IMG/VR virus record: IMGVR_UViG_3300012665_000925
Coordinates: 63,624 to 127,623 of that record
Reading direction: 5' to 3' (one strand)
Length of the DNA stretch: 64,000 nt
Source of the DNA: a virus
The notes beneath the pieces were generated by a model, which saw only the letters and a program-made list of their open reading frames with translations, was not told the origin of the DNA and did not search any database. How positions within the stretch are numbered: the stretch's first letter is position 1; every line of letters starts with the position of its first letter. The translations under genes were made by a program, and so were the position numbers. Below are positions 28,888-39,036 of this stretch, piece after piece.

Positions 28888-29364
28888 ATGCAAACATTTC
28901 TACCATTCATCGAGTTCAGCGAATCAGCTAAGGCACTGGACAACAAACGACTAAACAAGCAGATTCTTGAGGGTTACCAGATTCTCAATGTTCTGAGCAA
29001 TGACGACCCCCACGCTGGTTGGCGCAATCATCCTGCAGTAAAAATGTGGAGAGGTCACGAAGACGCTCTCTGGGATTACATCTTCGCCTGTGTGCGTGAG
29101 GCTGACGAGCGTGGCATCAAGACAGATAAGAATGTCGAGAACCTGATGAACCTACGCAAACGCGCAGAGTACAACTGGGGTGGCGGAATGCCTGAGTGGA
29201 TGTCGAAGCAAGAAGTGCTTAACCGCTTAGTAACTACGCACAGAGCCAATCTCTACCGCAAAGACCCTGTCTACTACTTCGACTTTGTCAGTTCTGTTAC
29301 TAGCGAGTGGAACGAACCTTGCTGTGAGAAGTGCAACTACTACTGGGTAACGCACAAAGCTTAG
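28888..29364 (+). CDS. MSMEG_6728 / pyrimidine-dimer glycosylase-like protein
   Basis: MQTFLP..LDNKRLNKQILE..GWRNHPAVKMWRG..THRANL.RKDP; leaderless after TTGACA-N17-TAGATT. Confidence 0.8.
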   Translation: MQTFLPFIEFSESAKALDNKRLNKQILEGYQILNVLSNDDPHAGWRNHPAVKMWRGHEDALWDYIFACVREADERGIKTDKNVENLMNLRKRAEYNWGGGMPEWMSKQEVLNRLVTTHRANLYRKDPVYYFDFVSSVTSEWNEPCCEKCNYYWVTHKA

Positions 29365-29470
29365 GGTAAAAGAAATCCCCCCGACCTGATATGTTGGTGG
29401 GGGGAGTTCTATCTAGGGGTTTTGATTACACGCTATATGACTTATATAAGTGAGCGTCTTTATACCTTGT

Positions 29471-30325
29471 CTAGTCTAGGAGAGCCCAAGTCTTTGGACC
29501 CACGATACCGTCTACAAGCAAACCGTGCTTCTTCTGAACAGCCTTTACAGCCTTGTCAGTTCCTGCTTCGAAGTTACCTGTGACAACAATCTTTAGCTGC
29601 TGCTGGATGAATTTAACTTCTTCACCCTTTGAACCAATCTTTAGGTAGTGACCTGGGTAGCCTGGGTTAGCAATCTTGGCAACTGCAACTACTGGCTTCT
29701 TAACTTCAGCTACTTCTGGCTTTACAACCTTTGCTTCTTTTGGAACAGCAACAGTTGGGATTTCAGCGACAGAGTGAGATGGTGCAACAGTTACAGTTGC
29801 AGTCTCAGGAGTCTCCTTGTGAGCATTGATGTTTGCCTTCTCGAAAGCCATAACAGCCTTGCAGAACTCCATTGGGTCGTAGTAACCCTTACCATTGTGG
29901 AAGCCTGCCATTGGCTGAGCCTTGATGTGACCTGCCCAGATTTCCCAGTGGAGGTGCTTGCCAGTTGCGAAACCAGTCTCGCCCATCTTGCCAACGATTG
30001 TGCCAGCTTCAATCTTCTGACCAACCTTGACCTTGATTGAACCCTTGACCATGTGGAAGTAAGTCCAAGTGACCTTCTTACCCATAACGGTTGACTGAAC
30101 GATTACTGAGTGACCACCAGAAGTTGGTGAGTCGTTAGGCTTAACAGCAATAACCTTGCCATCTGCCCATGCTTCTAGATAAGTAGTTGCGCCACCCTGC
30201 CAGATGTCAACACCATTGTGGTGCTTCTTTGCCTTCTTGATTGGGTGCATACGCCAGCCAAATGGGCTGGTTACTTTCCACGATTTGTGAGGTGTGCCAT
30301 CTACTGGCCACTGTGATTTTGCCAT
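29471..30325 (-). CDS. endolysin: M23 peptidase plus peptidoglycan-binding domain
   Basis: HNGVD, YFHM, TGKHLHWE; C-terminal GSKGEEVK.IQ..L..DGIVGPKTW. Confidence 0.9.
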   Translation of the reverse strand: MAKSQWPVDGTPHKSWKVTSPFGWRMHPIKKAKKHHNGVDIWQGGATTYLEAWADGKVIAVKPNDSPTSGGHSVIVQSTVMGKKVTWTYFHMVKGSIKVKVGQKIEAGTIVGKMGETGFATGKHLHWEIWAGHIKAQPMAGFHNGKGYYDPMEFCKAVMAFEKANINAHKETPETATVTVAPSHSVAEIPTVAVPKEAKVVKPEVAEVKKPVVAVAKIANPGYPGHYLKIGSKGEEVKFIQQQLKIVVTGNFEAGTDKAVKAVQKKHGLLVDGIVGPKTWALLD

Positions 30326-30391
30326 CTTGTTTTCCTTAAGGTTTGTAGTTTGAGAAGGGAGCGACCCTTACCTTCTAATTTTACCTCTTGG

Positions 30392-30616
30392 CTACTTAAC
30401 TGATTTCTTCCGAGGAGCTGGCTTCTTCTTTGGCTCTTCTGGCTTTTCGTAGCGAAGCGGGAAGGTTAGTACCCAGATTGCTAGGGTCGCCATGATGAGC
30501 GTACCTGTCAGGTCTTTGGCAGAGCCCTCAAGTACGAGCCATGCAACAGCCATACCTAGTAGTGTCCATGCTTGGTCAATGATGTCTTTTAGCAGACCTT
30601 TTAAAAAGTTCTTCAT
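30392..30616 (-). CDS. putative holin
   Basis: two TM helices and basic C-tail, next to endolysin. Confidence 0.55.
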   Translation of the reverse strand: MKNFLKGLLKDIIDQAWTLLGMAVAWLVLEGSAKDLTGTLIMATLAIWVLTFPLRYEKPEEPKKKPAPRKKSVK

Positions 30617-31032
30617 TACTTTTCTTCTTTCTGAGCTTCTGCTCGTTTGGCTTTGAGTTCTTCAAAGTTCTTTATTTTGGTGTCGCCCATGTATCCCCAG
30701 GCGTATCCACCTGCGATAAGTGCGTGGTTTACTGATTCGCCATCGTTGTCTAGATACAACCAACCAAGGACTCGGCCATACTTCTCTGATGAGTCTGGCT
30801 TCTCGGTTCTTATTACGATGCTGGTTGCAGCCTTCAGCTTCTTCTTAAGAAGTTCTTTGACTTCGAGCCCTAGAACTTTCTCTTCCTTGTTTGTTGTGCG
30901 AGACTCTGGGGTGTCGATACCAGCAAGACGAACTCGCTTAGTGATTGAGATATCGAAGCCTAAGTCAATCTCAACGTCGATGGTGTCTCCGTCGATGACT
31001 GCTATGAGTGTCTTTACTCTGTATTCGTACAT
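30616..31032 (-). CDS. thermonuclease (SNase-like)
   Basis: VIDGDTI, RVRLAGIDTPE, KYGRVL, GYA. Confidence 0.9.
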   Translation of the reverse strand: MYEYRVKTLIAVIDGDTIDVEIDLGFDISITKRVRLAGIDTPESRTTNKEEKVLGLEVKELLKKKLKAATSIVIRTEKPDSSEKYGRVLGWLYLDNDGESVNHALIAGGYAWGYMGDTKIKNFEELKAKRAEAQKEEK

Positions 31033-31034
31033 GA

Positions 31035-33785
31035 TTACTTTCCTATTCTTCTTGAACCGCCAGAGCTACTTGCTCCAGCTGAGGCTGTACTTGCAGCGGC
31101 TGCTGCACTTTGAATGGCTGCTCCAGCGGCAACAACCGCTGTAACAACTACCTTCTCTGACTCTTCACGAACCTTTGGGGACATGTCAGCACCAGCGTTA
31201 CCAATGAAGTTCAGGGCTTCTACTGCTCCAGCAAGACCAGGGATGGCTGCAAGTTCTGGGCTTAGTTCGATGTCGTCTTGCTCCGCAGCAAGGTAGAGTG
31301 CGTCCAACGCTTGCTCGTACTCGGCGGAACCCTGCTCGGCAGTTTCGAATGTTTCGAGAGCGGCTTCAACAAGTTGCTCTGCTTGAGCCTCGGTAAGTTC
31401 AGTTGGGTCAACAGCATCAAGGTTTACTTCCATAAGGTTCTCGGCAGATAGTTCTGCTGGGATTTCCTTAGAGCCTTCTTCTTCTACAACTGGCGGCTCT
31501 TCTTCAATCAGGGTGGAGACTTCTTGAATCTCGTTCTCGGTTGGTAGTTGAGTCGAAGTCGTCTTGGCTGTGATAACAGATGACTGATAAGAAGTTACAG
31601 CTTCAGTGTGAGCTACTTCCGCTTCAGTGAAAGTACTAGTAGCAGAAAGTGAGGCAGCTTCGGCAGTTTGAAGTTGAGTGGTGGTAGTGGTAACTGTCTC
31701 CGCTACACTGGCTGCAGTTGTGTCCGCTATTACGAAGTTGTCGTCGGCAGCTACCTTCTTAGTCTCTACTTCAGTCTTGATAGTAGAGGCAGCAACTAAC
31801 TGGTCAGATGCAGAGTCATACTCAGATTGGGCCACGTCGACGTCAGTAGTTGCAGTAGTTAGTTCTGAGTTGGCAGTTAGGTAGTCAGAGTTAGCAGAGG
31901 ATTGGTCATTTTTGGAAACAGTAAGACTTTCCTCCACTAATGAGAAGTTGTCGGATTTAGTTTGGAATACTTCTTCGGCGTTGTCAAGTATGGTCTTGAG
32001 TGCTGGGTCGTGAATTAATGGGGCAGTTGGTTGACCTTCGTATGTGAGAGTTCCAGTGATGTGCTTGTACCAACCGCCACAAGGGTCACCCCATACAGAG
32101 TTGAGTGCTCGGATGGTGATTGTAGAAAGCCCATCTAGTTGTGGGGTAATGTTCTTTCCACAAGTTGGGCGGTCGATTGCTTCGTATCGCAAGTTACTAT
32201 AAGTGAAAGTCGCACCTGCTGGGGCTGTGAAAGTTGCCTGTCCGCCTTCGTTAATCTTTACATTAAGGGTCCCCTCGGTTCTTACTAGCTCCGTGGTGTA
32301 GTAAGTCTCCGTGGTGTAATAGATTTCTTCTTCGTAAGTGATGACTTCTTCGTAAGTTGTTTCAGTGGTTGGTTGACCATGGGAAACCTTAAGTGTTGGG
32401 TTCTTGACGCGAGGTCCATAGTTACCAGCCCAGTAGCCATTGTCAATTCCAGAGAATGAAACAGTAATGTAAGAGACTGGACCTGTTGGGGTCAGGGTGA
32501 TTGACTTGGTCTCCCAGTCGTGTCTACCCTCTGAGGTGTAGGTAGCAGAGCCAACTGGATTCTGGTTGATGTCCTTAGCCTCAACGGTCATCGAGTATGA
32601 GTCAGTGATGTTCCTGTTGGAGTCATCATTGAACCAGTCGGCTGAAAGAGTAAGTGTTGCGTCTTCGAACGGTCCAGAGTAAAGACCTTGGCTAACCGTT
32701 TGGTTTGTGTAAGAGAAGACAATGTTGCTATTGAAGTAGCCTGGCTGTGAGTTCTGCCAACCAATTGAAAGTCCACTCCAGCCTGCGTTCCCCTGTGAGA
32801 AGTCTGAGTTGAAGAGTAGGTTCGGGATAGTCTGCTGGGTGGTTGTTGTGTGTGGAACAAGAGTGCGAACTTCTACTGTCCTAGTGTTCTCTACCTGACG
32901 AGTGTGTTCTTGCTGATAAGTAGGTGCAATCCAATCTGGGTCAGGGATTAGATTTGTGTCGTAGTTGCTCTGAGCTATGTCTCTTATTGCTTGTGCTGAA
33001 TTTTTAGCCTCTAGAGCTGTGTTGTATTGGGTTTGTGCGTCCGCTAGTGCGACGTTCGCGTTCTGGAGTAGAGTTGCTTTTTCCGAGAAAGCCTGTGCCT
33101 TTAGTGCTTTGTTCAGGGCCGCTGCGTTTAATATATTCAACTTCGTATTAGTGGAAGCTTGTTTTAGAGCTAGCTCGTCGGAAGCATTTTGAAGTTGTTG
33201 GGCTGCTTCGTTTCGGGCTGCTAGTGCTGCATCTCTAGTTGCTTGTGCTTCTATCTGTTGCTGGGCTGCCAGATTGTAGGCTGCTAGGGCTGCTTCTTTA
33301 TTAGAGGTGGCAGAGTTGAGATTTGCTAGGGCTTCGGAAAGAGTAGTGGACGCTTTCTGATAGGCGGCGTAATCTGACTTTGCCTTAGCGATGGCGGACT
33401 TGAGTTCAGAGATACGGGACTGGAGGTTCTGAACCTTGGTGTTGATGGTTGCCTGCAGTGCGGGGTTCTTTGCAGGACTAATAAGAAGTTGCGAAACTTG
33501 ACTTTCAGCTCGGTCTAGACTAGACTGTAATTGCTGGATATCAGACAAAGAAGGAGTTTCAGATGACAATATCGTTCGAGGGTTTTGACCTAGGAAGTTA
33601 CTTGCTGGGCGTTGGAACGCCGATTGCCCTAGCTTTTGTGTACGCTGTGATTCAAGCAGTGAAGCAGGCTGCGCGTAAGACACGTCGCTAATAGCGAGTT
33701 GTGCCATGCAAATTGGCATACCAAAAAGAAGGGCCGTTGTGAAAACCAACGGTCCTTTTCTTATCTTGCTGTTTCTATTAATCAA
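31035..33785 (-). CDS. large secreted/membrane coiled-coil protein with central beta-sandwich domain
   Basis: N-terminal signal/TM, Ala/Gln heptads, NLLFNSDF..W carbohydrate-binding-like segment, hydrophobic C-terminus. Confidence 0.6.
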   Translation of the reverse strand: MINRNSKIRKGPLVFTTALLFGMPICMAQLAISDVSYAQPASLLESQRTQKLGQSAFQRPASNFLGQNPRTILSSETPSLSDIQQLQSSLDRAESQVSQLLISPAKNPALQATINTKVQNLQSRISELKSAIAKAKSDYAAYQKASTTLSEALANLNSATSNKEAALAAYNLAAQQQIEAQATRDAALAARNEAAQQLQNASDELALKQASTNTKLNILNAAALNKALKAQAFSEKATLLQNANVALADAQTQYNTALEAKNSAQAIRDIAQSNYDTNLIPDPDWIAPTYQQEHTRQVENTRTVEVRTLVPHTTTTQQTIPNLLFNSDFSQGNAGWSGLSIGWQNSQPGYFNSNIVFSYTNQTVSQGLYSGPFEDATLTLSADWFNDDSNRNITDSYSMTVEAKDINQNPVGSATYTSEGRHDWETKSITLTPTGPVSYITVSFSGIDNGYWAGNYGPRVKNPTLKVSHGQPTTETTYEEVITYEEEIYYTTETYYTTELVRTEGTLNVKINEGGQATFTAPAGATFTYSNLRYEAIDRPTCGKNITPQLDGLSTITIRALNSVWGDPCGGWYKHITGTLTYEGQPTAPLIHDPALKTILDNAEEVFQTKSDNFSLVEESLTVSKNDQSSANSDYLTANSELTTATTDVDVAQSEYDSASDQLVAASTIKTEVETKKVAADDNFVIADTTAASVAETVTTTTTQLQTAEAASLSATSTFTEAEVAHTEAVTSYQSSVITAKTTSTQLPTENEIQEVSTLIEEEPPVVEEEGSKEIPAELSAENLMEVNLDAVDPTELTEAQAEQLVEAALETFETAEQGSAEYEQALDALYLAAEQDDIELSPELAAIPGLAGAVEALNFIGNAGADMSPKVREESEKVVVTAVVAAGAAIQSAAAAASTASAGASSSGGSRRIGK

Positions 33786-33849
33786 CGAGATTCAGTCCTT
33801 AAAAATGAATCTCTCCCTCTTCTATTGTAAGTCAGAACGGGAAAATTGA

Positions 33850-34062
33850 TTAGTCTTCTTCTGGTCCCCAGACCTCATCGTGAACTCGTCTGAGGAGTAT
33901 CATCACATCTCTTGCGAGTGATTCGGTAGCGAGAAGAACGTCTGCTCTTTCGTCAGGAATGTCTGAAAGTATTAGCTCGTTGTGTGTCTGTTTGATGACT
34001 TCCGAGCATAGGAAGATTCGGTCGAGGGCTGCCTCGGTCGGGGTTCTTGTATCTTCCTGCAT
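33850..34062 (-). CDS. hypothetical protein
   Basis: leaderless-like start after TACAAT. Confidence 0.5.
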   Translation of the reverse strand: MQEDTRTPTEAALDRIFLCSEVIKQTHNELILSDIPDERADVLLATESLARDVMILLRRVHDEVWGPEED

Positions 34063-34106
34063 GTAAATATTGTACCTTGTTTGAGATTAGGGAGTTGTTT
34101 ATGTTT

Positions 34107-34420
34107 GATGTACTAACAAGAAATAAGAGCGGAAATAGTGGTTTGAACTATAGCATAGGGGTCTGGAGTGTAGTAGGGTATTTGATAGAAGTCAAGGAAG
34201 AGAAGGGAAAAAGGTACTAACAGAAAATGATTTGTTTTGGAGAGTTTGGTGCTAGTATCTTGGAGGATGTACTAACAAGAAATGATTTGCTTCGGCTATC
34301 AAAAAGTGTTAGTACCCTAATAGATTTATTAGTTCTGTTCGTAAAACTACTATGCGTGTATATGTGCGCTATCGGAGTTAGGGTGGTTTACGAACGGAAC
34401 TATCAGAACTAAAAAATCTA
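34107..34420. repeat. AT-rich intergenic region with GTACTAACA repeats and a long inverted repeat
   Basis: GTACTAACA at 34110, 34214, 34269, inverted at 34307; TAGTTCTGTTCGTAAA / TTTACGAACGGAACTA arms. Confidence 0.65.
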
Positions 34421-34494
34421 ATGAAATCTATGCTAGAGTGTTAGAAGGAATTTGCATTTGCATTTTCGCTTGACAAATGGATTGGAGAAATAGA

Positions 34495-34950
34495 ATGGCA
34501 GACATGGAAGAGTTTTTTGACGTGACTATGGAAGAAGCGATTTCGGCTTTGGATAAGTTCGACAAAGGTCGAGAGAGGGACACACGAATTTGTATTTGTG
34601 GACACCACTCAAATCGACACACAGAGATTGATGGATTGATTGACTGCAAGGTTGTGAAGTACGAATGTTCTTGCACAGTCTTTAGACCAGTCTTAAAATC
34701 CAGCAATGTGAAACCGTTCATCAGAACAACAACTGGTCCAGGAGTTGAGCACGCTTTGTTGAAAGGTGTAGCAGGAGCAGTCAAGTTGGGAGCAGAGATT
34801 GAGTGGTTGGTCGAACCTAAGTGCGACAAGTGCGAAAAAGAAGCGAAGGTATTACCAGTTGCTCTAAACCCAATGTCACTTCGAGTCTCAAACATTGGGA
34901 CAAGAGTGAACCAGTTAGTCTGTCGCGAGTGCCTAGTAGAGTTGAGCTAA
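34495..34950 (+). CDS. Cys-rich (zinc-finger) hypothetical protein
   Basis: CICGH, C.C, CDKC, CREC. Confidence 0.6.
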   Translation: MADMEEFFDVTMEEAISALDKFDKGRERDTRICICGHHSNRHTEIDGLIDCKVVKYECSCTVFRPVLKSSNVKPFIRTTTGPGVEHALLKGVAGAVKLGAEIEWLVEPKCDKCEKEAKVLPVALNPMSLRVSNIGTRVNQLVCRECLVELS

Positions 34951-35381
34951 TGATGAGTACCAAGATTGCACCAGCCCTAGCATGGACCAACCTAGAGTTT
35001 GAGGTCACCGAAGAGAACCAAATCCTTATGATGGGCAGACCAAACTATATCGAAGCAGCTCGTCTCGGAAAGATTAAAGACGAACTACAAGAGATTTTCT
35101 TTGACCTGACTGATGAGGGGGTCCAACTGGACATCACCTACTTGCTCAACGGTGAACACAAATCGATGGGTGAGAGCTACATCACTTTCCTAGTTCATCT
35201 GGAGTACCCGATTTACATCCTTGACAAGATTGATGTTGAGGAGTACGCTTTAAGTCTGATTGAAGAACGTGGACTGCCTAGCTATGTGACGTTGTTCAAG
35301 AAAGAAACCACCAATGAACTTGAGTCACCACTGAAGTCAATGAATGTGGCTGAACTATTGAAGAAGGATTTCAGTGGCTAA
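34950..35381 (+). CDS. hypothetical protein
   Basis: start overlaps previous stop (TAATG). Confidence 0.55.
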   Translation: MMSTKIAPALAWTNLEFEVTEENQILMMGRPNYIEAARLGKIKDELQEIFFDLTDEGVQLDITYLLNGEHKSMGESYITFLVHLEYPIYILDKIDVEEYALSLIEERGLPSYVTLFKKETTNELESPLKSMNVAELLKKDFSG

Positions 35382-35521
35382 GAACGCCAAAGGCAGTAGG
35401 CAATGTGGGTTCTGCATGACAGGACACCACGAAACCTGCAAACCCGAGATTCGACACTTCGACAAAGTGTGGCTCTGCTATTGCACCGAATGTCACCCAG
35501 ATAGAACTAGCGAGGAAACAA

Positions 35522-35815
35522 ATGAAGAAACTACTCCAGAAGATTAAGAACCTACTTGGCATCAAGTCCAAGAAGAACTATCAAGTCCCTAAGGAATTCA
35601 GGGAGTATCTCAACTCGATTGAACGAGACGAGAAAGGTCGCTGGATTTTCCCTGAACAGAAGAAGACCACCAAACTTGCTGAAGTTCCAGTCGAACTAAT
35701 CGGGAACAAGGACTGGCAGGATTTCAAGAGTGTTGTCGGAGACGAGAAGACTTGGGAAGCACCCTGCATGTGTAGCGTCAAACTAGGTAAGTGCAAATGC
35801 AAGAGCAAAGACTAG
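35522..35815 (+). CDS. hypothetical protein
   Basis: SD GAGGA; RDEKGRW motif; Cys-rich tail. Confidence 0.55.
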   Translation: MKKLLQKIKNLLGIKSKKNYQVPKEFREYLNSIERDEKGRWIFPEQKKTTKLAEVPVELIGNKDWQDFKSVVGDEKTWEAPCMCSVKLGKCKCKSKD

Positions 35816-36264
35816 TCACCCCTAAAGAGGCAGCTAGCCAACTCTATGTAACTATCGGGATGATTGCCTACTGGATTCGAAAAGGCAGACTTCACAAGCA
35901 CTACCTTGAGGGCAGTACCCGAAACTATCTAGTGGATTTGGAAGAAGCCAAGCGAGCAGCGAACTGGCACAACCTTCGATACGTTGGACTACCAGAACAT
36001 CTAGTTACGACTAGCGAGGCAGCAGATGCTATCGGAGTTGGCACCAGAGAGATTGGGTACTACGCCAGAATGGGCTACATCCAAAAGCACTACGTCTTGG
36101 GAAACAACCACCACTACCTCGTGGATATCAACGAAGTGCTTGAGCAACCAGAACGGATTGCCAAGATGTATCGTTCCGAAGAACGGAAGGCCCATCTTCG
36201 AATGATTGCTAAGACTCAACCGAGAGATAAAACTGGACGACTATTTGTTCGCAGGTCTTCCTAG
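35797..36264 (+). CDS. tandem HTH (excisionase/MerR-like) DNA-binding protein
   Basis: two repeats of LVT..EAA.......I.Y..R.G...KHY......YLVD. Confidence 0.75.
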   Translation: MQEQRLVTPKEAASQLYVTIGMIAYWIRKGRLHKHYLEGSTRNYLVDLEEAKRAANWHNLRYVGLPEHLVTTSEAADAIGVGTREIGYYARMGYIQKHYVLGNNHHYLVDINEVLEQPERIAKMYRSEERKAHLRMIAKTQPRDKTGRLFVRRSS

Positions 36265-36296
36265 ATTTTGAACGGCTTGTCTGATAAGCTATTGGG

Positions 36297-36536
36297 ATGC
36301 TAGACGAGAAGCCGATTAAGATTATGTACGCTGCACAGTATGTGGGCGTATCGCAGAAGACCGTCTACAACTGGCTTCATCTTGGGTACATGAGACTCTA
36401 CCATCCTGGCTATGTCCTTCTAAGCGAAGTACGGCGAGCACAGATTAGAGCCAATAACACTAAGTCCGATAAATCACGGCAAGCATCTAAGGTATCAAAC
36501 CGCGACCGCCTTGGTCGATTCAGTTCCTTCGACTAA
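36297..36536 (+). CDS. HTH (excisionase-like) DNA-binding protein
   Basis: AAQYVGVSQKTVYNW..G; leaderless. Confidence 0.75.
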   Translation: MLDEKPIKIMYAAQYVGVSQKTVYNWLHLGYMRLYHPGYVLLSEVRRAQIRANNTKSDKSRQASKVSNRDRLGRFSSFD

Positions 36537-36803
36537 CGGCAAGCACCTATCAACGGATAGGTTCGTTGTTATTGACAAGAGGAAACCCTTCCGTCACCCT
36601 CACCGTGCGCAAAAATTCGTCCGAGACAAATCAACGGTCTAAAGGTTTTGTACAATTGGTACGAAACAGTAAGGTTACCCGAGGTTTGGTAAACTTGTTA
36701 CGAAGGCAGCTTCGTCACAGACCTCTCCCCAGTTGACGGAGCTGCTTTCGCTTTAACCGAAGCGGCCTGCCCCTTCAACATACTACTAAGGATTAATGCA
36801 AAG

Positions 36804-37736
36804 ATGACCGATGCCGACCTAGACTTTTTCGGAAGCGGCGAGGATGAGAAAGCGGAGTACGTAATTGACGAACCGCTCGACCTTCGCGTTGACCTATCCG
36901 CCCTTGGTATTGAGGAAGTAGACAAGGGAGTATGTGAGGACAACTACTCCAACCGTGCTATACTACGGCGAGCGCGTCTAAGTTGGGACCCAGTATATTC
37001 AACCAACGGTGTGCCAACGGGTCTCATCAGAGCTCGCTCTAAAGAAACCACTATGGAGCGTCGACTCATGTCGCTCTCCGAAAAGCGCCCCATCCTAACC
37101 GACCCAACTTCAAACAACTCAGATTACCTAACGGGCCTGGATTTGATAGCTGAGGAAGCGTCTGACTTCTTAGTACCACCTTGGGTAGTGCACGCTACTC
37201 GCCTCTACTTGAAAGAACAAGAAACGGGTGTTCTTAATCCAAAGCGTCAACCGTTAGCTCAACCGCATCGTTGTCGTCAGATTAAGGACGACGGTATCCG
37301 ATGTATGCTATGGTCCAGTGGACGTCCAAAGGATGACGGTCTATGTCGCATTCACTTGAGAAGCGTTAAGCACAAAACCTCAGATGACATCGAACGTGCT
37401 CGTGCGAAGTTGGTCCAGGCAGCTCCTTACGCCGTCGACATGCTTGAAGACTTGATGGAGAACGCTGAGTCAGAACCAGTTAAGCTCAAAGCTGCCACTG
37501 AAATTCTTGACCGTGCTGGTGTACGTGGTGGAATCGAAATTGATTCAAACGTTAATATCGACGTGCGGCCTGCAGCTAGTATCATTGCTGAACGTTTGCA
37601 GCGTTTAGCACTGGGTGCCGTCGAGGCTAGTGCTAAGCTTGCAGATGCAGGTATCGAAGTTATCGATGCTGAAGTTGTGATTGATGAAGAAAAACCGAAA
37701 AAGCTCGAAGAGCTCAGCGGCCAGGAAGAGAACTAA
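36804..37736 (+). CDS. possible terminase small subunit-like protein
   Basis: RC...C...C..H zinc motif; APYAVDML....SEPVKLKAATEILDRAG motif seen in actinophage small terminase-like proteins. Confidence 0.45.
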   Translation: MTDADLDFFGSGEDEKAEYVIDEPLDLRVDLSALGIEEVDKGVCEDNYSNRAILRRARLSWDPVYSTNGVPTGLIRARSKETTMERRLMSLSEKRPILTDPTSNNSDYLTGLDLIAEEASDFLVPPWVVHATRLYLKEQETGVLNPKRQPLAQPHRCRQIKDDGIRCMLWSSGRPKDDGLCRIHLRSVKHKTSDDIERARAKLVQAAPYAVDMLEDLMENAESEPVKLKAATEILDRAGVRGGIEIDSNVNIDVRPAASIIAERLQRLALGAVEASAKLADAGIEVIDAEVVIDEEKPKKLEELSGQEEN

Positions 37737-37742
37737 ACACTA

Positions 37743-37976
37743 ATGCAAAGTTACCAGGACCTGGTCGATGCGGCCCGCAGCCATCTGCTAAACATAACCG
37801 CGGATATCAACAACGCATCAACGCGGCTTGAACACATACGACTAACCGCGCTAGCTCAGGAAGCTGAGAATCTAGTAACCGAGCTTGAGAATTTCAACCG
37901 AGGCCTGGTATACTCACATGAGGGCCCGCATACTGAAGCGGCCCGCGAAGACAATACCGTATCGCTATTCGAATAA
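37743..37976 (+). CDS. hypothetical protein
   Basis: 77-aa helical ORF. Confidence 0.5.
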   Translation: MQSYQDLVDAARSHLLNITADINNASTRLEHIRLTALAQEAENLVTELENFNRGLVYSHEGPHTEAAREDNTVSLFE

Positions 37977-37997
37977 CGGGTGCCCTGGGAGAAGAAC

Positions 37998-38843
37998 ATG
38001 TTTACTCGAACCGCTAAGCTTGCAGCTGCTAGCTTTGTTGAGACGGCGAGCGCTTATCTAAACTACGAGTCTGGACCGTTGATGAGGAATCAGTTCGGCG
38101 AGCGCGTAGGATACAATTCACAACCGTGGGCTGGGATGTTCATCGACGTAGTCGGACGTGAGTGCGGCCTGCATCTACCATCCTTCGCATATACGCCAAC
38201 CGCGCTTAGTGAGATGTTACGCGACGGGTGCCAGGTAGCTCGACCGATGCCTGGTGACATCGCCTTCTTCAACTTCTCATCAGAGAATGCAGGAACCGCC
38301 TTCGCGATGCCACATGTCGCAATTGTCACTGACGTGCGCGAATTCAAGTCAACGGGTAGGTTCCTGGTCATCGAAGGTAATAGCCGCCCCGCTAATGCAA
38401 AGTTAGCGACGGGAGTCGACGGAGTCTTCTCACGAGTCCGCAATGCTGCAGACGTCATCGCATTTGTTAGACCGAAGTACTCGAAGGCGACGGCGGCCCG
38501 AGTCATCCAACTTTTCACTAAGGTTATTGGGAAGCTAGGCCTGGCGGCCAGCTTAGATTCAACTGCTCTTGAAGAAGCGGCACGCGCTAACATTGGGGTG
38601 GTCCCCGCAGCGCTAGCTCCATCACTTCGCAATAAGCAAATCGAAGCTGTTCAGCTAGCACTGGGTGTAACCGTCGGCCTGCAAGGAGCGAAGCAAGGTG
38701 CCTGGGATTCAGTAACCGTAGCCGCCTTCACCAACTTCCAACGAAAGATTGGACTCGTTGGCCAGGATGCTGATGGAATTCCGAACCGCTCGTCACTGCA
38801 GCGGCTTGCATCTGAAACGAATCTCTTCCACGTCCTGGATTAA
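37998..38843 (+). CDS. CHAP-like amidase plus PG-binding domain (lysin-like, catalytic Cys apparently absent)
   Basis: QPWAGMF, PGDIAFF, HVAIV, IEGNS; C-term FQRKIGL..ADGIP. Confidence 0.65.
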   Translation: MFTRTAKLAAASFVETASAYLNYESGPLMRNQFGERVGYNSQPWAGMFIDVVGRECGLHLPSFAYTPTALSEMLRDGCQVARPMPGDIAFFNFSSENAGTAFAMPHVAIVTDVREFKSTGRFLVIEGNSRPANAKLATGVDGVFSRVRNAADVIAFVRPKYSKATAARVIQLFTKVIGKLGLAASLDSTALEEAARANIGVVPAALAPSLRNKQIEAVQLALGVTVGLQGAKQGAWDSVTVAAFTNFQRKIGLVGQDADGIPNRSSLQRLASETNLFHVLD

Positions 38844-38863
38844 CGGCGGCCCGCATCCTGGTC

Positions 38864-39036
38864 AACTTCTCATTAATGATGTCTAGCTGCTGAGCTACAC
38901 TGCGGCTTCCAGGTAAACTTCTCATTAGCGTGCGACCGAACGGTTACCTGGGATACGACGGGCCCGCATCCTTCAACTTCGCATTAAGACGGCGAGCTGA
39001 GCTCGAAGCTGTACGTACACTGCCACTTCTCATTAA
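38864..39036 (+). repeat. four direct copies of ACTTC(T/G)CATTA upstream of a TTGACA promoter
   Basis: copies at 38864, 38916, 38975, 39024; TTGACA 39082-N17-TACAGT. Confidence 0.75.
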
